Assembly (NCBI GenBank): GCA_038206475.1
Contig: JBBRAU010000001.1
Coordinates: 141,732-205,731 of the forward strand
DNA: 64,000 nucleotides
Origin: Patescibacteria group bacterium
GTDB lineage: Bacteria; Patescibacteriota; UBA1384; JBBRAU01
Reading direction: 5' to 3'
In this document: one piece after another, positions 46,106-56,700 of the stretch
Numbering within the stretch: position 1 is the stretch's first letter
How the letters are laid out: the number at the start of each line of letters is the position of its first letter
Translations under genes and position numbers: made by a program
The notes under the pieces: model-generated
What the model saw: the letters and a program-made list of their open reading frames with translations, nothing else
Database searches by the model: none
Told to the model about the DNA's origin: nothing

Positions 46106-46166
46106 GCTCTTAGTGTACCACGGTTTTTCAGCGCCACGACGCGACGGGCTCTGATATACTGGGTGC

Positions 46167-47237
46167 ATGCGTCGATTTTTGGTCCTAACGGCAATACTTT
46201 TGGCTTGGCCAGGGTTGGTGTTGGCCGCTTCACCGGCGAGCGGCCACTATCAGCTGCAGGCTTTTGGTTTTGGCAGCGGCGGTGTGGATAATGCCACCTC
46301 CGGCAGTTACGCCTTAAATGGCATTACCGGCGAAACGAGCGGCGACCAGTTGTCATCTGGCAGTTATAAGGTGGGCTCGGGTCTTATCTTCACTCAGCAA
46401 GCCGATGTGCCGGATGCGCCAACCGTCACCAACCCCGCCAGTTACTACGACAAGCTGCACTTTGTCCTGAATCCGGGTCCAAACGCCTCAGACGCTACCT
46501 TTGCCATAGCGGCTTCAACCGACGGTTTTGTGACGACGAAATACGTCAAGGCTGACCACACCGTCGGCAGCAGCTTGGCGCTCGCCGACTACCAAACCTA
46601 CGTCAACTGGAACAGCGCAAGTGGCTTTGACGTTATTGGCCTGTCCTCTGGCAGCACGTACACATTTAAGGTGAAGGCCATGCACGGAAAATTCACCGAA
46701 ACCGGTTACGGTCCAAGTGCCTCGGTGGCCACGGTTGATCCGTCGCTGGTCTTTGATATTGACGTCGCGGCCACCGACACGGAAACGGCCAGTCCGTACA
46801 TCGCTGACCTTGGCGATTTAACTGCCGGCAGCGTCACCACCGGGGCTGACCGCGTCTGGGTGGACTTGGAGACCAATGCTGACTCTGGTGCGACGGTCTA
46901 TATTTCCTCAGCTAACACCGGTCTGTCGAGTACGTCCGCTGCCCACACCATCGCTTCGTCAAGCACTGATTTAGCCGTGGCCAGCGAAGGCTACGGCGCC
47001 CAGGGCGCCTCGGCCACCCAGTCGGCCGGCGGCCCGCTCAGTTTACTCTCGCCGTACGATGGCAGCGTCTCCAACGTCGGCATTATAGACAGTACACTCA
47101 GAACCATTTTTCGCTCGGCTGGGCCAATTACCGCCGGTCGCGGCTCGTTGCTGTTGAAGGCCAAGATTGCTGCCACTACGCCGGCGGCCGATGATTACAC
47201 CGATAGCCTAACCTTGGTGGCCGCCGGTGTCTATTGA
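46167..47237 (+). CDS. secreted Thr/Ser/Gly/Ala-rich beta-type surface protein, WxL-domain-like (tentative)
   Basis: Signal peptide MRRFLVLTAILLAWPGLVLA. C-terminal motif TTPAADDYTDSLTLVAAGVY is paralogous to the next gene's C-terminus and resembles, as I recall it, the WxL-domain C-terminal signature (YTGTLTWTL.DAP). Confidence 0.5.
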   Translation: MRRFLVLTAILLAWPGLVLAASPASGHYQLQAFGFGSGGVDNATSGSYALNGITGETSGDQLSSGSYKVGSGLIFTQQADVPDAPTVTNPASYYDKLHFVLNPGPNASDATFAIAASTDGFVTTKYVKADHTVGSSLALADYQTYVNWNSASGFDVIGLSSGSTYTFKVKAMHGKFTETGYGPSASVATVDPSLVFDIDVAATDTETASPYIADLGDLTAGSVTTGADRVWVDLETNADSGATVYISSANTGLSSTSAAHTIASSSTDLAVASEGYGAQGASATQSAGGPLSLLSPYDGSVSNVGIIDSTLRTIFRSAGPITAGRGSLLLKAKIAATTPAADDYTDSLTLVAAGVY

Positions 47238-47350
47238 GCCAGCGTTTTTCCTAGTAATTGACAGTGGCATGCAGACCAATAGATACTGTTTTTAGAAGCG
47301 ATTTGTGCGCTCTAGCTGTAACACATAGCGTAATAGAGAAGGATGGACAG

Positions 47351-48586
47351 ATGAAGGACAAAGTAGGTCTACGACCGAAGGTTGCAAGGTTCTGGCTACA
47401 AGGCAGGTCATTGCAATCTCTGGGCGCAAGCACTTGTCGTTTCGGGCAATGGTTTTCTGGCAACACGGAGCGTCTTATCCGATCTCGTCTCGGCGGTTTG
47501 TTGGCCATCTTTGTGCTCTTGATTGGCATGATGCCTATTAGGCGTACCCAAGCTGCCAATCTGTCCGCGGCCTCTATTCAGTTTTACCGCATGCAAACAT
47601 CAGTTCTCGCTAGTTCAACCAATAAAATTCTGGTCATATTTAAACCTGCCACCGCCGTGACTGGTCCGGGGTATGTGAAGCTGACCTTTGCAGGCACCGG
47701 CACGATAGGTGCGGCCAGCTACGGAGTGAATGTTACGCCGGCCAACGTCACGACATCGGTCACCGGTTTGCCCTCAACCTACAATATTGCTGGTAGCGCC
47801 GTAGCGGTCACGGCGGCTCCGCTTTCTGCGGCGGTCGCCGACAGTATCTCGGGCGCTACGGCCACCTTTAAGATGAGCACCACTCCCGGCGGTGACCTAG
47901 CCGCTGGCACTGTTTACGGCTTCTTTATTACCGGCGGCATTACTAATCCATCTTCCAGCGGTCAAATGGTCAATAAAATTGAAACCCTAACCTCGGGCTC
48001 AGCCATTGTTGACAGCCAACGGGTGGCCACGCGCGTGCTCACTAGCGATCAAATTACGGTGACGGCTAAGGTCCCAGCCACTTTCAACTTCACCCTATCA
48101 TCAACCACCGTTGATTTGTCCGACTTGGATCCTTCCTCGGTGGTGTCGGCTGCGTCACCGCCGACGGTCACGATTACCACGAATGCCACCCGCGGGTGGA
48201 CGGCCTGGCTGAAGGATTCAAACTCGCCGGCGGCTCTACACTCGGCCTCGGCCAGCTATGATATTGCCACCGCGGGTACAATCGATGCCACGCCGACCAC
48301 GCTATCGATTGGTTCAGACGGCTACGTGCTGGACGTTGATAACTCAACATCCGGCGGCAAAACGGGCACCGGCACCATCACTGTTGCCGCTGAGTACAAT
48401 GGCGCAACCACCTCGGCTGGCGGCACCTTATCGAACAGCTATCAAGAAATTGCCAAAAGTTCGGGCACGGCTGGTGGTACTGGCGACGTGCTAACGCTGA
48501 CCCCGCGGGCCACCATTTCAGCCATCACGCCAGCCGCCGATGACTACACCGACACCTGGACGGTTATCGGTGCGCCGACGTTCTAA
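47351..48586 (+). CDS. secreted beta-type surface protein, WxL-domain-like (tentative), paralog of 46167
   Basis: Hydrophobic signal region LGGLLAIFVLLIGMM. GWTAWLKD motif. C-terminal ITPAADDYTDTWTVIGAPTF. AAGGATGG precedes ATG 47351 (ORF track 47258). Confidence 0.5.
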   Translation: MKDKVGLRPKVARFWLQGRSLQSLGASTCRFGQWFSGNTERLIRSRLGGLLAIFVLLIGMMPIRRTQAANLSAASIQFYRMQTSVLASSTNKILVIFKPATAVTGPGYVKLTFAGTGTIGAASYGVNVTPANVTTSVTGLPSTYNIAGSAVAVTAAPLSAAVADSISGATATFKMSTTPGGDLAAGTVYGFFITGGITNPSSSGQMVNKIETLTSGSAIVDSQRVATRVLTSDQITVTAKVPATFNFTLSSTTVDLSDLDPSSVVSAASPPTVTITTNATRGWTAWLKDSNSPAALHSASASYDIATAGTIDATPTTLSIGSDGYVLDVDNSTSGGKTGTGTITVAAEYNGATTSAGGTLSNSYQEIAKSSGTAGGTGDVLTLTPRATISAITPAADDYTDTWTVIGAPTF

Positions 48587-49682
48587 ACTCCTGTGCGGGG
48601 TGGTTCTGCTTGTTGGCATGTGGCCCGCGGTTTTGGTGCATGCGGCTTCACCTAGTCCACTCGCCTCACCGAATATTCCAATTGACCAAACCAGTCAATC
48701 GGCTCAAGGTAATCCGCTCAATTTGACGGTGTCGCCAACAGTATTGACCCTGTCGGCCAAGCCGGGGAACACGTTTTCAACGGACATTCGGGTAAAGAAC
48801 AACGGCATCGCGCCGGAGGCTTTGCGTCTTGGCGTCATTAAATTTGCCGCTAACAATACGAGCGGCGAACCGGTGCTGCAGTCTCGGCAAAAAAATGACG
48901 ACTTTTTGAACTGGGTTAGCTTTTCAGCCCCAGTCTTCTCGGCTCAACCCGGCGAGTGGAAAACCATTACCGCCACCTTCAAGTTGCCCACCACCGCCGC
49001 ATTTGGTTATTACTATGCCATTGTTGTGACTAGGCAGAGCCAGCCGATTGATACCGGCAGCCGCCAGATTGGCGTGATTGGCGCGCCGTCGCTGTTGGTG
49101 CTTTTAGCGGTTGAAGCGCCCGGCGCCAAACGCGAAGCCCAGATGGCGAGCTTTTACGCCTCGCGCCAGTGGTATGAGTTCTTGCCGGCTCAGTTTTCGG
49201 TCGAGATTCAGAATAGTGGCAACGTGCACGTGGCGCCACACGGCGATATTTTTGTGAGCCGCGGCGGCCAAGATGGAGCCGACGGTGGCCGCGACATTGC
49301 AACCTTGCCCATCAATGATGATCAGGGTCAAATTCTGCCGAGTTCAAAACGAACATTTCAGGCTAGCTGGACCGCCGGCTTCCCCAGATTTGAGCCACGA
49401 CAGGTTGATGGTCAACCGGTGCTGGACAAGCAGGGCAATCTCAAAATGCACCTGGTGTGGCACTGGAACGATATTGGCCAATTCCGGTTTGGTCGCTACA
49501 CCGCGCATTTAACGCTTGTCTATGACAACGGCAATCAGGATGTGCCAATTGAGGCCACGCTTAATTTCTGGATCATCCCCTGGCGCCTCTTGCTGGCCGC
49601 CGTGTTTATTGCGGCCGGGCTGATTTGGAGTCTATTCTCGCTACTGCGCCGTTTCAAGCGACTCTTCCGCCACGCCGACTAA
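48540..49682 (+). CDS. cell-surface protein with CscA-like architecture (signal peptide, ~280-aa beta-rich ectodomain, C-terminal TM plus basic tail; DUF916/DUF3324-like)
   Basis: Signal LLCGVVLLVGMWPAVLVHA, a beta-rich ectodomain, C-terminal TM WRLLLAAVFIAAGLIWSLFSLL then RRFKRLFRHAD. The architecture is that of the DUF916/DUF3324 partners of WxL proteins in Firmicutes csc loci. The ectodomain itself was not matched to a known motif. Confidence 0.45.
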   Translation: MTTPTPGRLSVRRRSKLLCGVVLLVGMWPAVLVHAASPSPLASPNIPIDQTSQSAQGNPLNLTVSPTVLTLSAKPGNTFSTDIRVKNNGIAPEALRLGVIKFAANNTSGEPVLQSRQKNDDFLNWVSFSAPVFSAQPGEWKTITATFKLPTTAAFGYYYAIVVTRQSQPIDTGSRQIGVIGAPSLLVLLAVEAPGAKREAQMASFYASRQWYEFLPAQFSVEIQNSGNVHVAPHGDIFVSRGGQDGADGGRDIATLPINDDQGQILPSSKRTFQASWTAGFPRFEPRQVDGQPVLDKQGNLKMHLVWHWNDIGQFRFGRYTAHLTLVYDNGNQDVPIEATLNFWIIPWRLLLAAVFIAAGLIWSLFSLLRRFKRLFRHAD

Positions 49683-49700
49683 ATATGCGACAGTAGCGTT

Positions 49701-50615
49701 ATGCGACGACTTCTGCTTTTTTTGGTGCCCCTTTTGGCATGGCCCGCTACTGCCCAGGCTGCCGGCAATGGCGGCTTGGTGCTGTCGCCGGCTTATCAAG
49801 AGGTCAGTTTAGAGACAGGCGTGAGTGCCAAGCGTGTTGTTTTGACGCTGACCAACCAAGCCCAGTCGACAGCAAACCTCAATGTCTCGGCAGTTGATTT
49901 TGGCAACCTCGACAATCATGGTGGTCTGGCCTTCGCCGGTCAACCCGGCATTACGCTCGACAACAGCCATTTGCTGGTTAATTGGCTCGCCTTTGACCGA
50001 ACGACGGTACAAATTAACCCAGGCAAAAGCCAACAACTGACAGTCAGTATCAACAACCGCGATGATCTCACCGCCGGTGGCCATTATGCCGCGGTCTTTC
50101 TCACCGCGTCGGGCAACTATGGCAGCGCCACGCTCAGTTTCACGCCGGCTCTGGCCACCTTGCTCTATGTCAATAAAGTAGGCGCCAGCCAAGTTGGTCT
50201 GGAGCTGCAGTCGATGGCCACAAACTCCGGTTGGAGAACGGTGCCTAGCCAGTTAACGCTTAACTTTCACAATACCGGTGGAATTCACCTAAAGCCGCGC
50301 GGGACTGTTGAGTTAACCGACCCACTTGGCCACCTCTCTAGCCGCGGCATCATCAATGAATCCTCAGCCATTATTCTGCCAGCAGCGGTCCGCCACTACT
50401 CGGTGACGCTGCTCAGTCGGCGTCGCCCCATCTGGCCTGGCCGCTACACCCTCTCGGTGCACTACCGCTACGACGGCCGAGACGACACGACAACCGTCAC
50501 CCGAAGCATTTGGTACCTTGGTTCAGTTGGGCTGGCGGGTCTAGGTCTGGTCGGGGTAGTTTTTATCATAATAATTGTAAGACTAAAGAGAAATAGGTAC
50601 AGGCGTACACTATAA
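49701..50615 (+). CDS. second CscA-like cell-surface protein (signal peptide, beta-rich ectodomain, C-terminal TM plus basic tail)
   Basis: Signal LLLFLVPLLAWPATAQA. C-terminal TM LGSVGLAGLGLVGVVFIIIIV then RLKRNRYRRTL. Confidence 0.45.
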   Translation: MRRLLLFLVPLLAWPATAQAAGNGGLVLSPAYQEVSLETGVSAKRVVLTLTNQAQSTANLNVSAVDFGNLDNHGGLAFAGQPGITLDNSHLLVNWLAFDRTTVQINPGKSQQLTVSINNRDDLTAGGHYAAVFLTASGNYGSATLSFTPALATLLYVNKVGASQVGLELQSMATNSGWRTVPSQLTLNFHNTGGIHLKPRGTVELTDPLGHLSSRGIINESSAIILPAAVRHYSVTLLSRRRPIWPGRYTLSVHYRYDGRDDTTTVTRSIWYLGSVGLAGLGLVGVVFIIIIVRLKRNRYRRTL

Positions 50616-50706
50616 ATAATAAGACATATTACCATCCATAATTGCCCCCGAACAGCGGCCAAATCAGCTGGTATTAAAGTAACGCTCCGCTATACTGAAG
50701 ACAAGG

Positions 50707-53700
50707 ATGGGTAAACTCTTATCGCGGCTATGGGCAAGCGTATTACTCGCAACCATTGTTGTGAGTGTTTCTGGCGTCGCAACCGTCCCAACCGCCCAGG
50801 CAGCCGCCGGTATTCTGCATCAAATTAATTTTCAAGGCAAAGTTGTTAAATCTGACGGCACCAATGTCGCCAACGGCAGCTACGCCTTTGTTTTTAAGCT
50901 CTACGATAATTCGGCTGCCGGAACTCAGCTCGGCAATACGGAAACCCAAAGCCTAACCGTTACCGACGGCATCTTCCGCACAACGTTTTCGGATACGGCC
51001 GCAACTGGCCTACTCGAGAACGTTAATTTTAATTCTGACTCGCTCTACCTCGGGGTTAATTTCAACGGCGACGGCGAAATGACGCCGCGAGTGCGCTTTA
51101 CCTCAGTCCCCTACGCTTTCAATGCCGAGAAGGTAAACGGCCTAGCCGTGACCAATAATGCCGGCAATCCGCTGGCGGCGGGCTCAGCGCTCAAATTGCC
51201 AGACGGAAAAATAGTCGAATTTTCTGGCAGCAATAACCTAACCCTAACGACGACCGGGAATACGGTCGCGACCTTGCCGTCCGGCACGATCACCCTGGCC
51301 GACTTGAGCAGCACACAAGTCTTTAGCGGTGCCAAAACGTTTTCAGACTTGACCGTCTCCGACACCAACATCGCCCTGTCTGGTGCCTCAACCATCTTCA
51401 CCGGCACCGGAGCAATAACAGTCACGCCGGGCGGCGGCGGTGCTTTGAGCTTAAACTCGGCCGGAACCGGCAATACTGCTATTGGCAATGGCACCGGTAC
51501 CTTCCAACTCGACTCAAATACGCTTGACATCTCAACCGCCGGTGCCTTAAGTGGTGTCACCGGTATTGCCAGCTCCGGCGCCTACACCCAAACCGGTGTC
51601 AGCGCCAACACTTTCTCTGGGGCGACCACCTTCTCGGCGGCTGGTACGGCTGTATCGGTCACCAACGATGTTGGCATCGGCGGCGTTCTCCAAGTTGGTT
51701 CAACCACACCAACCACTTACTCCAGGCTCGGCACCAATACCACTGGTCATTCGCTTGGCGCGGCCTCAGACTTATTGGTCTCGGGCAATATTGAAGTTGA
51801 TGGCTCAGCCTTCTTTGACGGCACCGTGAGCTATGGCGGTGGTGCCAACTTTACGTTGACCACCAGCGCAAACAACATAACAACCGTTGCCGTTTCAACC
51901 ACCCAAACCGCAACCGGCGCCTTAACCGCCTCAACTGGTCTGTCCAGTCTCTGGCAGAGCAGTGCCGTAGTGGCTGGTGTTGGCGTTAGTCAAACCGCCT
52001 ACGGTAACTACACCACGGCTACTAAAACCGGGGCTGACACCGCTACCGGCACTTACAGCCTGTATGGCGATTACGCCAGCGTCAGCAATACCGGCTCGAC
52101 GAACGCCGGTACCAAAAATACTTACGGCGCGGCCTACTCGGCCACTGGCGATACGGCTGGTGCCTCAACTGCAACCGGACTGACAGTGACCGCCTCTGGT
52201 GCTGACACCAATCGTGGCCTTGAGATAACCGGCCCCACCTCAGCCGCCAACAACTATGCCCTGTACTCATCAGCCGCCGCTCAGTCGGTCATGGCTGGCA
52301 ACTTGCGGATTGGCTCAACTACCGCGCCAAACGTGGCACTGGATGTCACCGGCGCCGGCACCTTCTCTTCAACGCTGACGGCTTCAAATGGTCTCACGGT
52401 TTCAGCTGGTGGTGCCACGGTCGGTGGCAGCTCAACCGTCACTGGCACTTTGGGCATTTCTTCCTATCTCCAGGTTGGCTCGGTCACTGGTACCACCTAT
52501 TCGCGACTGGGCACGGGAGCAACTAACCACAGTCTGGCTGGCGCTGACAGTTTATTTGTCACTGGCAACTTGGAGGTTGACGGGTCGACCTATTACGATG
52601 GTGGCGTCACCTACGGCTCTGGCACCACCTATGACTCAACCGTCACCTTCAACTCCGATGTAGACTACGCCTTGGCTGGCACTGAAAACGTGACAATCAA
52701 CAATAGTAGCTACTCGACGCCATCAGCTGGCCTGCTCGATATTGCCGCAACTAGCAGCACAGATGACGTTCGCGTATTGCAAGCGGCGCTTACCTACTCT
52801 GCCACAGGGGCCGCGACTGGCTACACCAGCCGCAGCAGTTTTGCTAGCTCAGCCGTAGTGGCCGGAGCCGGCGTTTCCCAAACCGGCTATGCCAATTACA
52901 ACACCGCCACAAAAACCGGAGCAGATACGGCTACCGGCACCTATACGCTTTATGGTAGCTACAATACCGCTTCTAATACTGGCTCATCAGCCGGGACGAA
53001 AGTGACTATCGGCGGCGCCTTTACCGCTGTCGGTGATACTGGCGGCACCTCAACCGCCAAAGGCCTTACCGTCACTGCCTCAGGCGCCGATACCAACTAC
53101 GGTATTGAAATTACCGGTCCAACCTCGGCTACCAATAACTATGCCATCTACTCCAGTGCGGCGGCGCAATCGGCCATTGCTGGCAACGTGCGGGTTGGCT
53201 CAACCACGGCGCCTACGGTGGCATTAGATGTCACCGGCGCGGGATTGATTTCCTCAACCTTAGGCGTTTCTTCGACACTGACGGCCTCTAATGGTTTCAT
53301 CCAAACCACCGGCGCATTGAGTTTGACAGCTAGCTCTGGCTCATCGGCCATTACCCAAAGTGTTTTTGCCATTACTTCAACAGTCACCTCGGGCAACGGC
53401 TTCTCGGTGGCCTCGTCAACGGTTGACTCAGGCAACGTGGTGAGTCTCAATTCAACCAGCACGGCTGCCGCCTCTAACTCCCAAACCGTCTTAAACGTCG
53501 CCACCTCCGGCGCCAACGGTGCCTCAACTCAAACCACCTATGGCGCCAAAATTGCTAACACGCACACTGGCACTTCTTCCACTAATGTTGGTGGCTACTT
53601 CAGCGCCTCCGGCGGCACCAACAACTATGCCGCTATTTTTGACCAAGGCAATGTTGGTGTTGGCAACCCCACACCTTCACAGGCACTGAGCGTGACAGGG

Positions 53701-56700
53701 AGAGTTGCCATTGCTCCAAGCGGTACTGTCTCTGATGAACAGTACAACGGCAATTTGGTTATCACTAAACCAGTGTCCAGTGGACAGTACGTTAACCTAA
53801 TACGAGCTGGCACCTATGGATGGTCCCTGGGCTACGCCTACAACACCAGTACTTTCGCTATAGGCACTATTCAGGGAATAGACTCCAACTTTACTGCCCC
53901 TGCGCTGCAACTAGGAGCAAATGGAAACTTAACCATAACCGGATCCGTAACTGGCACTCAGTTAGTCTCGAATATTGCCACTGGCACCGCGCCCTTGCTC
54001 ATTACCTCAACCACCGTTGTGCCAAACCTTAACGTCTCACAGTTACTTGGTTCCACCTGGGCCGCCCCCGGGGCCATAGGTTCCACCACTCCCAACACCG
54101 GTGCTTTCACCACCCTGACCACCACCGGTACCATTAACTCCCAGGCCATCTCAGCCACCGCCGCCTTAACCGGCACCCTCTCCGTTGCCTCCACCTTAAC
54201 TGCCTCCAGTGGCTTGACTCAGACCACGGGAGCGCTCAATTTAACCGCCACCAGCGGCGCGCTGGCTATCTCTGGCTTAACCTCCGCCGCCCTGGCCACC
54301 GCCGCCTTAACCTTAAACACCACCGGTACTGGTACCACTCAAATTGGCAATGGCACCGGTACCTTCCAACTCGACTCAAATACGCTTGACATCTCAACGG
54401 CCGGTGCCTTAAGTGGTGTCACCGGTATTGCCAGCTCCGGCGCCTACACCCAAACCGGTGTCAGCGCCAATACCCTCACCGGCGCAACCTCCCTCACTGC
54501 CGCCGGCACCGCCCTTGCCGTTACCAACAACGCCACGATCGGCGGTACACTGACTGTTGGCGCCGTCTCGTCTGCCTCTGGTGCCGGTATTTTTGATTCG
54601 CTGAGCGTGGGTGGCGGTTACGGTTCAACCGGCGTCAGTATCTCGAATACCGGCAATATCCAAGCCAATGGCACGCTTACGGTGGATTCGACAATCGGCA
54701 TTGGTGGCGCTCCAGCGAGCTCAGCCGGGCTGCTGACCACCGGTGCTATCACCGCCACCACCAGTCAGTATGGCGTTGAGGCGGCCAACACCTTTAGCTC
54801 AGCGGCCACCACCGGTGCCAGCTTCTACGCTCTACCGCAGACGGCGGCAGCGGCTTATACCGTCACCAGTCTGTATAATTACCTCGCCTCTAATGCCAGC
54901 CTTGGCGTGGGCAGTGCTGTCACTAACCAATATGGTTTCTACAGCCCCGACTTAACTAGCGGCAGTAATAACTACGGTTTCTATGCCAATATTTCCTCGG
55001 GGACTAATAAATACGCCTTCTATGGTGGCGGCAATGCCCCGAGTTACTTTGGCGGCAACGTCGGTATTGGCACCGCGTCACCGAGTAACAAACTAACCAC
55101 TGTAGACACTGCAGGCGGTGTTCTTTGGCCAGGCATTCGTATCAAGAATGCCGCCAATTCCGTCAATACTGGTGCGGCCATAGAATTCAGTGTCCTGAAC
55201 GGTAGCAATGCGGAAACGGTGATGGGTCAGATAGGCGCCGCAGTTAACTCGGGGACGGCTGGTAGCGAGTTTGGTTACCTTACATTTCGGGCCAGTGTAG
55301 GTGGTACGCCGACAGAGGTGCTTCGTGTCTGGCCGGGGGCTGCGAGTACTACCCAGACCTCTATTACGCAAAGCACCGGTTCATCAGGACTGAATGTCAT
55401 CATTCCCTCCTATGTTGCAAATTCATACACCCCCGGCCTCTTCTGGAGCACGGCGGATAACAATCCATCAAAGCCGAAGGCGGGCATTTATACTCAGCTT
55501 ACGGCAACGGGGACCTATCTTTTGCTGGGCACTTCAAATTCATATGCAACAGGCATTACCAGCAACGTTATTATCGATCCAACCGGCAATGTCACTGGCG
55601 GCACCTACAACGGCCAGACCATCTCCAGTGCCGCCAGTTTCACCGGCACGGTTGGGGTGGCCAACTCGGTCACCGCACCAACGGTTAACGTTGGCACCGC
55701 CGGTGCTTCAACCGGAGTACTCAACCTGTCAGGGGCGACCTCTGGTACCATCTCCATCAAAGGTCAGGCCGCCGCTGGCAGCTACAACTTTAACTTACCA
55801 ACCACGGTTGGTTCTTCCGGTTTCGTGCTTACTTCAGCGGGCGGGGGAGTCACCGCCATGACCTGGACTGATCCGGCTGGTCTGACGGCAGGGACTGCCA
55901 CCAGCGTGCTCTTCTCCGGTGTGCAAGCCGCCACCAACACCGGCCAGGCACTGCTGGTTGGTAATGGCTCCTCATTAGGTGTGACCGGCACCGGCACCAT
56001 CAACGCCACCACCCTGCTTGGTTCTACTTGGGCTATCCCCGGGGCCATAGGTTCCACCACTCCCAACACCGGTGCTTTCACTACGGTCGCTTCAACCGGT
56101 ATTGCCTCATCGGGTAGCTATACCCAGACCGGAAGCGGTGCCAATACGTTCACTGGCGCCTCATCATTCACTGCCGCCGGTACGGCGCTAACAGTTAATA
56201 ATAGTGCTCAGATTTCCGGTGTAGTGGGGGTGGGTGGTGCTACTTATTCAAGTACGGGTCTAATCATCAGAAACACAAACTTAGCAACCGCTGATCAATA
56301 TGGTGCCTATATTTCGCCCACCTTTAACTCTTCTGCTACTCACGGAGCCGGCGGCGTTGTGTCTTCCCCCTCTACTAGTGCAGCTGCGTTTACGATTCCC
56401 ATACTCTATGACTACTATGCAGGCATTGTTTCAATTGGTGCTGGAAGCAGCGTCACTACTCAGTATGGCTACTTTGCGGAAGACCTGACTGGTGCCACCA
56501 ATAGCTACGGATACTTCAGTAACATGTCCTCGGGGGCTAATAAGTACGCTTTCTATGGGGCAGGGACGGCGGCTAGCGTCTTTCTGGGCAATGTTGGTGT
56601 TGGCACCAGCGGACCTTTGGCCAAACTACATGTCTCATCGGGCGACAGTGCAGTAATTAGCTTAGTTTCAGGTGTTAGCAAGGGTATCCGCTTTGGTGCT